Assembly (NCBI GenBank): GCA_017431255.1
Contig: JAFRLI010000271.1
Span: 1-51,063, forward strand
Reading direction: 5' to 3'
Length of the DNA: 51,063 bases
Source of the DNA: Victivallales bacterium
GTDB taxonomy: Bacteria; Verrucomicrobiota; Lentisphaeria; Oligosphaerales; Oligosphaeraceae
The notes beneath the pieces were generated by a model that did no database searches, had not been told where the DNA came from, and worked only from the letters and a program-made list of their open reading frames with translations. This document shows, one piece after another, positions 38,264-45,494 of this stretch (positions are counted from its first letter, which is position 1; every line of letters begins with the position of its first letter). The position numbers and the translations under genes are program-made.

Positions 38264-39673
38264 ATGTTGTCATTTTACAATTCATTGTCGCATTTGGTGG
38301 AGGAGTTCAAGCCGTTGGTGGAGGGGAAAGTCGGGTTGTATACATGCGGCCCTACAGTGTACAACTTTGCGCACATTGGGAACTTCCGCTGCTATATGTT
38401 TGAAGACCTGCTGAAGCGGACCTTGCTGTACTTCGGGTACAAAGTCAAGCACGTAATGAACCTGACAGATGTCGACGACAAGACCATCCGCGGCTCCCAA
38501 GCTGCGGGGATTCCCCTCAACACCTACACCCGCAAGTACAAGGACGCCTTCTTTGCCGACATCAAAACCCTCCGCATTCTCCCGGCAAATGTCTATCCCG
38601 CCGCCACAGAGACCATCCCCGAAATGATTGCCCTCATCGAAAAACTCTTCGAGAAGGGGATTGCCTACCAGGCAGATGACAAATCGGTCTACTTCTCCAT
38701 CGCCAAATGGCCGTCCTATGGGCAACTCCAGAAGATCGACCGCGAAAACATGCGCGCTGGCGTTCGCATTAAAATGGACGAATACGCCAAGGACGCCGTG
38801 GCGGACTTCGCACTATGGAAGGCTTGGGACGAGGCTGACGGCGATGTCAAGTGGGATTCTCCCTGGGGTCCGGGTCGTCCTGGCTGGCACATCGAATGCT
38901 CCGCCATGTCCTCCAAGTACCTCGGCAAAACCTTTGACATCCATTGCGGCGGGTCCGACAATCTCTTCCCGCATCACGAAGACGAAATCGCCCAATCCGA
39001 GGCCGCCAACGGCTGCAAGTTCGTCAATTACTGGCTCCACTGCGCACACCTCATGGTGGACGGCACGAAGATGTCCAAATCCCTAGGCAACTTCTATACC
39101 CTCCGCGACATTCTGGAAAAAGGCTACAGCGGACGTGAAATCCGCTGGGTTCTCCTCTCCGCACAGTATCGCCAATCCCTGAACTTCTCCTTCAAGGCCC
39201 TGGAAGACGCACGCCTCGCACTCGCAAGGCTCGACGCCGTCCTCCAACGCCTCCAGGAAGCCACCAAATCCCCCGATGCCGGCGCCGATGACATCGCCCC
39301 CGCGCTCGCCAAAGCCGAAACCCAGTTCGCCGACGGTCTTGCCGACGATCTCAACATCTCCGTCTCCATCGCAGCACTCTTCGACCTCATCCGCGAATCC
39401 AACCGCCTCCTCGACGCCGCACAACTCGCCGGCAAACCCGCCCAAACCACCCTCGACCTCTTCCACAAATTCGATTCCGTCCTAGCAGTCTGCACACCCG
39501 ACCCCTCTGAAAAGCAGGACGTTCCCGAGGAAATCCAGCAACTCGCCGAACAACGCCAGGCCGCGCGCAAGGCAAAAGACTGGGCACGTGCCGACGCGAT
39601 TCGACAGGAACTCGACGCCAAGGGGTGGGTCATCGAAGACACTCCCAAAGGCCCGCATTTCAAGAGAAAGTAG
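38264..39673 (+). CDS. cysS: Cysteine--tRNA ligase
   Basis: Start ATG 38264 ('MLSFYNSLSH...'). HIGH motif 'AHIGNFR' and 'KMSKS' in 'GTKMSKSLGNF'. Confidence 0.93.
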   Translation: MLSFYNSLSHLVEEFKPLVEGKVGLYTCGPTVYNFAHIGNFRCYMFEDLLKRTLLYFGYKVKHVMNLTDVDDKTIRGSQAAGIPLNTYTRKYKDAFFADIKTLRILPANVYPAATETIPEMIALIEKLFEKGIAYQADDKSVYFSIAKWPSYGQLQKIDRENMRAGVRIKMDEYAKDAVADFALWKAWDEADGDVKWDSPWGPGRPGWHIECSAMSSKYLGKTFDIHCGGSDNLFPHHEDEIAQSEAANGCKFVNYWLHCAHLMVDGTKMSKSLGNFYTLRDILEKGYSGREIRWVLLSAQYRQSLNFSFKALEDARLALARLDAVLQRLQEATKSPDAGADDIAPALAKAETQFADGLADDLNISVSIAALFDLIRESNRLLDAAQLAGKPAQTTLDLFHKFDSVLAVCTPDPSEKQDVPEEIQQLAEQRQAARKAKDWARADAIRQELDAKGWVIEDTPKGPHFKRK

Positions 39674-39675
39674 AA

Positions 39676-40566
39676 ATGTCCGAAATCCGCGTCTTCAACC
39701 GCGAAACTCGCCAAATCGAAACCGAGAAGGTCCTCGGGGACTCTCTGATGCGCCTGGCCTACGAAACCCCGGCCAGAAGCGTCCTTTCCTGGCCTCTCTT
39801 CGGGACCTCTCTCTGTTCCCGCCTCCTCGGGAAATACGCCGATAGCACCCTCTCGCGTTCCCGCGTCGATTCCACCATCCGCAAGATGGAAATCCCCATG
39901 GAGGACTTTGAAGTTCCCGCAGGAGGTTTCCGCACCTTCAACGAGTTCTTCACTCGACGCGTCAAACCAGGCGCACGTCCCTTCCACGGCGACGGCCTCT
40001 GTTCTCCGGCAGATGGACGCCTCACCGTCTGGCAAACTCTCTCGCACGATACCTGCATTCCCGTCAAAGGAGCCTCCTTCACCGTTGCGGAACTTCTCGG
40101 TCCCCAAGGCAAGGACTACGCACGACGTTTCGAGGGCGGGTCCCTCTGCGTTTGCCGCCTCTGTCCGATCGATTATCATCGCTTCCACTTCCCCCTCGCC
40201 GGGACCCTTCTTGACGCCTGGCGCATTCGCGGGAAATACCATTCCGTGAACCCCATCGCGCTCGAACGAATGATAGACGTATTCACGAGCAACGTTCGGG
40301 AAGTGAAGATGCTCGAACTGGAAAAGGCGGGCCTTTGCGCGTTCATTCCCGTCGGAGCATTCGGGGTTGCCTCCATTGTGACCACCCACCAGGAGCGCGA
40401 GTTTCTGCGCGGAGACGAATGCGGCTATTTTTGCTTCGGCGGTTCCACCATCATCCTCGTCTTCGAACCCAACAAACTCCAATTTGCTCCCGATCTCATC
40501 CAGCACTCCGCCGCTGGCATGGAGTGCCTCGTCAAGGCCGGCGAACCCATCGCCTCGCTTCTTTAG
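39676..40566 (+). CDS. psd: Phosphatidylserine decarboxylase proenzyme
   Basis: Start ATG 39676, 2 nt after the cysS stop. 'DYHRFHFP' and the self-cleavage region 'FCFGGSTIILVF' (G-S-T) are PSD signatures. Confidence 0.88.
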   Translation: MSEIRVFNRETRQIETEKVLGDSLMRLAYETPARSVLSWPLFGTSLCSRLLGKYADSTLSRSRVDSTIRKMEIPMEDFEVPAGGFRTFNEFFTRRVKPGARPFHGDGLCSPADGRLTVWQTLSHDTCIPVKGASFTVAELLGPQGKDYARRFEGGSLCVCRLCPIDYHRFHFPLAGTLLDAWRIRGKYHSVNPIALERMIDVFTSNVREVKMLELEKAGLCAFIPVGAFGVASIVTTHQEREFLRGDECGYFCFGGSTIILVFEPNKLQFAPDLIQHSAAGMECLVKAGEPIASLL

Positions 40567-40654
40567 TGGTTAGTGGCTAGTGGTTAGTGGCTAGTGGCTA
40601 GTGGTTAGTGGCTAGTGGCTAGTGGTTAGTGGCTAGTGGTTAGTGGCTAGTGGT
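40564..40654. repeat. 7-bp microsatellite TAGTGGY x13, starting on the psd TAG stop codon
   Basis: Thirteen uninterrupted units cover 40564-40654 (91 bp). The Y pattern is T C T C C T C C T C T C T. The first TAG is the psd stop. Confidence 0.97.
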
Positions 40655-40911
40655 CGTGCCCCTAAGAGTTCCCTAAGCGTAGTGCCCCTAGGAGTTCCCT
40701 AGGCGTAGTGCCCCTAAGAGTTCCTTAAGCGTAGTGCCCCCAGGAGTTCTCTAGGCGTAGTGCCCCCAGGAGTTCCCTAGGCGTAGTGCCCCTAAGAGTT
40801 CCCTAAGCGTCGTGCCCCTAGGAGTTCCTTAAGCGTAGTGACCCTAGGAGTTCCCTAGGAGTCGTGCCCCTAGGAGTTCCCTAAGCGTCGTGCTCCTAAG
40901 CGTTGTGCCCC
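40655..40911. repeat. 26-bp minisatellite, about 9.8 units, contiguous with the 7-bp array
   Basis: Unit consensus GTGCCCCTARGAGTTCCCTARGCGTM, with unit starts at 40656, 40682, 40708, ... 40864. There is no spacer sequence between units. Each unit holds two CCTARG half-sites, including the palindromes CCTAGG and CTTAAG. Confidence 0.95.
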
Positions 40912-40932
40912 TTCTGCCACAAAATTCGCACA

Positions 40933-40966
40933 ACGCATTTGCAAAATCTGCAAATGCGTCTATGTT
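40933..40966 (+). promoter_or_regulatory. Perfect palindromic operator overlapping a candidate promoter of the amino-acid ABC operon
   Basis: ACGCATTTGCA-aaatc-TGCAAATGCGT (11-5-11, 40933-40959). It overlaps TTTGCA (40938-40943), N17, TATGTT (40961-40966), about 50 nt upstream of the ATG at 41015. Confidence 0.5.
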
Positions 40967-41014
40967 GTACAGGTCTAGTTTTCTCCATTCACCCATCAAC
41001 CATAGGAAACCATC

Positions 41015-41818
41015 ATGAAACAACTGATTTTCGCACTCCTGACCATCGCCTGCATCGTTGCCATCACCGCCTGCTCCAAGACAGACGAAGGAGGAATGGC
41101 AAACGAAACCACCTTCACCGTCGGTTTTGACGCAGACTTCCCACCCTATGGCTACAAGAACCCGGAAACGGGAGAATACGTTGGCTTTGACCTCGACCTC
41201 GCCGCAGAGGTCTGCAAGCGCCAGGGCTGGAGACTCGTCAAAAAGCCCATCAACTGGGACGCCAAGGATATGGAACTCAATTCGGGGGCAATTTCCTGCA
41301 TCTGGAACGGGTTCACCATCAACGGTCGCGAAGACAAATACGAATGGACCGAACCCTATGTGGACAACTCGCAGGTCGTTCTCGTCCGCGTCAATTCCAC
41401 CATCAAAACCGTGACCGACCTCGCCGGAAAGACCGTCGCCGTCCAGACAGACACCCCCGTCCAGAAAGCACTCTCCGAAGGGGGAGACCAGGCGGAACTT
41501 GGCAAGACCTTCAAGAAACTGGTTGTCACCGCCACTTACAACAATGCTGTGATGGACCTGGAATCCGGCGCCGTCGACGCCGTCGCGTTGGACATCGGCG
41601 TTGCCGAGAAGAAGATAGCCGACACCAAGAACACCTTCCGCATTCTTGATGAGAGAGTCATGAGCGAAAAGTACGGTGTCGGCTTCAAACTCGGCAACAA
41701 AGAACTGCGTGACAAAGTCCAGAAGACCCTCAAGGAAATGGTCAAGGACGGCAAAGCCGCCGAGATTTCCGCGAAGTGGTTCAAGGGCGAAAATGTCATC
41801 ATCCTCAAGGCCGAATAA
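41015..41818 (+). CDS. Amino-acid ABC transporter substrate-binding lipoprotein (family 3 SBP)
   Basis: 267 aa with a lipobox 'VAITAC'. 'FTVGFDADFPPYGY' and 'DMELNSGAISCIWNGFT' are typical of polar amino-acid binding proteins. Confidence 0.88.
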   Translation: MKQLIFALLTIACIVAITACSKTDEGGMANETTFTVGFDADFPPYGYKNPETGEYVGFDLDLAAEVCKRQGWRLVKKPINWDAKDMELNSGAISCIWNGFTINGREDKYEWTEPYVDNSQVVLVRVNSTIKTVTDLAGKTVAVQTDTPVQKALSEGGDQAELGKTFKKLVVTATYNNAVMDLESGAVDAVALDIGVAEKKIADTKNTFRILDERVMSEKYGVGFKLGNKELRDKVQKTLKEMVKDGKAAEISAKWFKGENVIILKAE

Positions 41819-41834
41819 ACTCAGGTAGGGTACC

Positions 41835-42485
41835 ATGAACTACGGCAGAATGCTTCTGCAACTCCTGGAGGGACTATCATACTCCATCAGTATCTTTTGC
41901 TGGACGCTATTCTTTTCGCTGCCATTGGGGTTGCTGGTGGCATTGTGCCGTATGTCGAAGTTCACCGTGCTCAAACAACTGGCGCGTTTCTGCATCAGTG
42001 TACTGCGCGGAACACCGTTGATGTTGCAGTTGTTCCTGGTGTTCTACGGTCCCTACTATATCTTCAAGATGCCCTTGACGGACACCTACCGTTTCTTAGC
42101 GGTCATCATCGGCTTCTCCGTGAACTACGCGGCGTATTTTGCGGAGATATACCGGGCTGGAATCGAGGCGATTCCCCTGGGGCAGTACGAAGCCGCGCAA
42201 GTGCTGGGCTATTCCAGGACGCAAACCTTCTTCAAAATCATCGTGCCGCAGGTGGTGAAGCGCATTCTGCCGCCAGTCACCAACGAAGTCATCACACTGG
42301 TCAAGGACACATCGCTGGCCTTCACCCTCACCATTCCCGAGATGTTTTCCGTTGCAAGGCAGTGGTCCAGCGCCAGAACCACGATGATCCCCCTGATTGC
42401 CGCCGGCGTCTTCTACTACGTGTTCAACTTCCTCGTCGCCATGCTCATGGAACGATTTGAAAAGTACCTGAACTACTATCGTTAG
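41835..42485 (+). CDS. Amino-acid ABC transporter permease (HisM/GlnP type)
   Basis: 216 aa and about 5 TM helices. Contains 'RGTPLMLQLF' and the EAA-loop region 'EAAQVLGYSRTQTFFKIIVPQ'. Confidence 0.9.
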   Translation: MNYGRMLLQLLEGLSYSISIFCWTLFFSLPLGLLVALCRMSKFTVLKQLARFCISVLRGTPLMLQLFLVFYGPYYIFKMPLTDTYRFLAVIIGFSVNYAAYFAEIYRAGIEAIPLGQYEAAQVLGYSRTQTFFKIIVPQVVKRILPPVTNEVITLVKDTSLAFTLTIPEMFSVARQWSSARTTMIPLIAAGVFYYVFNFLVAMLMERFEKYLNYYR

Positions 42486-42494
42486 GGGGAAGCC

Positions 42495-43283
42495 ATGACT
42501 CAACTGAATCTCAACAAAGCGCCCGTCCTCCACATCGAGCATCTCTCCAAGAGTTTCGATAACCTCACCGTCCTCAAGGACATCTCCCTGGATGTCCACC
42601 AGGGCGAGGTCGTCTCCATCATCGGCCCTTCCGGCTCCGGCAAGTCCACCCTCCTCCGTTGCTGCACCCTCCTCGAAACCATGACCTCGGGAATGCTTGC
42701 GTTCGGAGACACCATCGTCTGCCAAAGTGCCGCACGCGACACCAAGCAATACGCCTCCCCGGAAACCCTTCGGCTCGTCCGACAGAAGTTCGGACTCGTC
42801 TTCCAGAACTTCAACCTCTTCCCGCACTGGTCCGTCATGAAAAACATCATCGACGCGCCCATCAGCGTCCAAAAACGCGACAAGAACGAGGTCATCCATG
42901 ACGCAGAACTCCTCCTCCAGAAAATGGGACTCGCCGACCGCGGGGACTACTACCCATTCCAACTCTCTGGCGGACAGCAGCAGCGCGTCTCCATCGCACG
43001 GGCTCTCATCAACAATCCTGAAATCCTCTTTTTTGACGAGCCGACCTCCGCCCTCGACCCCGAACTCACCGGAGAAATCCTCAAGGTCATCCGCGACCTC
43101 GCCGCCGAGCATATGACCATGGTCATCGTCACCCACGAAATCGAGTTCGCGCGCAACGTTTCCGACCGCGTCATCTTCATGGCGGAGGGCGTCATCGTCG
43201 AGCAGGGTCCTGCCAACGACGTCATCCTCCACCCCACCCAGGAACGCACGCGCACATTCCTCGCAAACATGCGCAACAAATGA
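42495..43283 (+). CDS. Amino-acid ABC transporter ATP-binding protein
   Basis: Walker A 'GPSGSGKST', signature 'LSGGQQQRV' and Walker B 'ILFFDEPTSALD'. Confidence 0.93.
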   Translation: MTQLNLNKAPVLHIEHLSKSFDNLTVLKDISLDVHQGEVVSIIGPSGSGKSTLLRCCTLLETMTSGMLAFGDTIVCQSAARDTKQYASPETLRLVRQKFGLVFQNFNLFPHWSVMKNIIDAPISVQKRDKNEVIHDAELLLQKMGLADRGDYYPFQLSGGQQQRVSIARALINNPEILFFDEPTSALDPELTGEILKVIRDLAAEHMTMVIVTHEIEFARNVSDRVIFMAEGVIVEQGPANDVILHPTQERTRTFLANMRNK

Positions 43284-43966
43284 ACCGCAAGTTATTGACA
43301 TTGGAAGAGGCCGCAGCCTCGTTGAAAATGGAGCCAGGAGAACTGCGCTCCCTCGCTGTCCAGGGCGAACTTCCCTCCACCTCCCGTGGAGACGCTCTGC
43401 TCTTTTTCCAGGAGGATTTGGACTTCTGGTACTCCCAGCGTGTCATCACGGACACCAAACGCCATGAAATGCGCCGTGAAAAAACATCTTTGGACGAACT
43501 CTGCCCCGATGGATGCATCGCCGACGCCCTGCCTGGAACCTCCCGATCCTCCATCGTCAAAGCACTCGTCTCCCTGGCGGAAAACAGCGGATTCCTCTAC
43601 GACCCCGCCGACCTCGAAGCCGAAATCCTCCGCCGCGAGGAAATGGATACCACCAACATCGGAATGGGAGTCGCCATCCCACACACCCTCGTCCGCGATG
43701 AAGGATACTTCTCCGATTCTTTCCTCTGCATTGCACGCCTTGCCCGTCCCGCTTTCTTCAACTCCGCACCCGACGGCAAGCCCACTTCCCTCCTGATTCT
43801 CTCCTGCCTTCTAGACAGTGAACTCCACCTCGCCGTTCTCGCGCGAATCGCCGCCCTCTGCCGCGATACCGATTTCATCCAGCGAATCCACGAGGCTGAA
43901 GACCCCGAGCAAATGCGAGAGGTGCTCCGCCAATGCGAAGAACTTCTGGACAAAAAGCGACGCTAG
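43280..43966 (+). CDS. HTH (excisionase/MerR-like) plus PTS EIIA type-2 (PtsN-like) fusion protein
   Basis: 228 aa. The N-terminal 'LLTLEEAAASLKMEPGELRSLAVQGELP' is HTH-like. The C-terminal EIIA-2 fold carries the 'GMGVAIPH' phospho-His motif. The ATG overlaps the ABC ATPase TGA (ATGA at 43280-43283). Confidence 0.8.
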   Translation: MNRKLLTLEEAAASLKMEPGELRSLAVQGELPSTSRGDALLFFQEDLDFWYSQRVITDTKRHEMRREKTSLDELCPDGCIADALPGTSRSSIVKALVSLAENSGFLYDPADLEAEILRREEMDTTNIGMGVAIPHTLVRDEGYFSDSFLCIARLARPAFFNSAPDGKPTSLLILSCLLDSELHLAVLARIAALCRDTDFIQRIHEAEDPEQMREVLRQCEELLDKKRR

Positions 43967-43984
43967 TGATAGCCGGGGGAACTT

Positions 43985-44476
43985 GTGGACGTATTTTCTT
44001 CTGACAACCAGCACCATGAGGCGATGATGCGCCTCGCCATCGAGGAGGCGCTTGCCGCCGCCGAAGCGGGCGAGGTTCCCGTCGGTGCCGTCATTGCCTG
44101 CGGGGGCGAAGTGGTTGCGCGGGCCCACAACTGCGTTGAGAGCACGTTGCAAGGCACGGCACATGCGGAACTGCTTGCCATTCAGGAGGCTTCGCGCCGA
44201 CTGGGAATGTGGCGGCTGGACGGATGCACGCTCTATGTCACGAAGGAACCCTGTGCGATGTGCGCCGGGGCAATGGTCAACTGCCGCGTCCCTGAACTTT
44301 TTTTCGGGTGTCCAGACCCAAAGACTGGCGCGGCGGGAGGCTTTCTGGACGTCACCGCCATGCCGGACGGCTTCCACACCGTCCGCACCACGGGCGGGCT
44401 TCTGGCGAGCGAATGCCTCGCCATTCTGCAAGATTTTTTCCGGAAACGAAGACAACAAGTCAAACAACAGCCATGA
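43985..44476 (+). CDS. tadA: tRNA adenosine(34) deaminase TadA
   Basis: CDA motifs 'HAELLAIQEA' and 'PCAMCAGAM'. The start is uncertain: GTG 43985 or ATG 44024 ('MMRLAIEEA'). Confidence 0.88.
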   Translation: MDVFSSDNQHHEAMMRLAIEEALAAAEAGEVPVGAVIACGGEVVARAHNCVESTLQGTAHAELLAIQEASRRLGMWRLDGCTLYVTKEPCAMCAGAMVNCRVPELFFGCPDPKTGAAGGFLDVTAMPDGFHTVRTTGGLLASECLAILQDFFRKRRQQVKQQP

Positions 44477-44489
44477 GGAGGAAACAAAA

Positions 44490-45482
44490 ATGGCATTTGA
44501 AAAAAGGGAACTGAAGAACGAACTGACCTGGTCGGTTTCTCGCGCCAATCTCTTCCAGGAGTGCCCGCGCGCCTACTACTACAACTATTACGGCTCCTGG
44601 GGCGGCTGGGACTTCAACGCTCCCGCCGAGGCACGCCTGCTCTACACCCTCAAGAACATCCAGACGATGATTCTCTGGGCCGGCGGAATTGTCCACGAAC
44701 TCATCAAGGGCGCACTCGAAAAAGCACGCGAAACAGGAGTCCTTCCCGACGTCCCTACCCTCCAGGAAGCCGCCAGCCAACTTATGAACTCCCAGTGGCT
44801 TGACTGCATCCACGGAAGGTGGCGCGAACGCCCGAAATCCACCAACCTCGATGAACTCTACTACGGCAACGGCAAGCAGTTCGGCACCCTCACCAGGCTC
44901 CCACGCTCCGCAACCGACCCCATCCGTGAACGCGTCCAGGAATGCCTCGCCAGTTTCGTTCATGCCCCCATCGTCCAGGAAATCCTCGCCACTCCCGCGC
45001 AGCAATGGGTCACCATCGATACCCTTGACACGTTCGAACTCGAAGGCATCAAAATCTACTGCGCCATCGACTTCGCATTCTACGACAAGGAGGGTTTCCT
45101 CAACATCATCGACTGGAAAACGGGCAACGAATACTCCGATACCCTACAGCACCAACTCGCCTGCTATGCGCTCTACGCCATGCAGAAATGGAACGTCCCC
45201 TTCGATAAAATTCGCCTTCAGGGAGTCATCCTCCGCGACGGAGGACGCACCTCCTTCCACAACATCACCCAAGGCATGCTCGACATGACCCGCAAGAAAA
45301 TCCTCATCAGCCACAAGGCAATGAAGGATATCCTTGCCGACCCGGACAACAATCTCGCCCAAGAGCAGGACTTCGAGCCGCGCCCCGCTGAACGGCATTG
45401 CCTCCGCTGCAACTTCCGACAGGTCTGCCCGCTCCTCGCCGATAAACTCGACGACCTGGTCATGCCCCCTTCCGAGGAGTAA
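44490..45482 (+). CDS. Cas4/AddB-like PD-(D/E)XK nuclease with a 4-Cys (putative Fe-S) motif
   Basis: The true start is ATG 44490 ('MAFEKRELKNELTWSVS'), with GAGGAGG 8 nt upstream. N-terminal Cys in 'FQECPRAYYYNYY'. Nuclease core 'YCAIDFAF...LNIIDWKTG' (D...DxK) followed by 'QHQLACYALY' (QxxxY). C-terminal 'CLRCNFRQVC' (CX2CX5C). Confidence 0.75.
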   Translation: MAFEKRELKNELTWSVSRANLFQECPRAYYYNYYGSWGGWDFNAPAEARLLYTLKNIQTMILWAGGIVHELIKGALEKARETGVLPDVPTLQEAASQLMNSQWLDCIHGRWRERPKSTNLDELYYGNGKQFGTLTRLPRSATDPIRERVQECLASFVHAPIVQEILATPAQQWVTIDTLDTFELEGIKIYCAIDFAFYDKEGFLNIIDWKTGNEYSDTLQHQLACYALYAMQKWNVPFDKIRLQGVILRDGGRTSFHNITQGMLDMTRKKILISHKAMKDILADPDNNLAQEQDFEPRPAERHCLRCNFRQVCPLLADKLDDLVMPPSEE

Positions 45483-45494
45483 CGGAGGTCCCCC

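Noticed and set aside
38885-38900. A second sigma54-like match, TGGCACATCGAATGCT, with correct GG-N10-GC spacing.
   Set aside because: It lies deep inside the cysS coding sequence with no downstream gene start. It lacks the TTGC of the -12 element (it has ATGC). It is most likely a chance match.
40655-40911. The 26-bp repeat array considered as a possible CRISPR array.
   Set aside because: The units are directly contiguous with no spacers. The unit is shorter than typical CRISPR repeats. No cas genes are adjacent; the Cas4-like gene 3.6 kb away is paired with an SNF2 helicase, not a cas operon. This is a minisatellite, not a CRISPR array.
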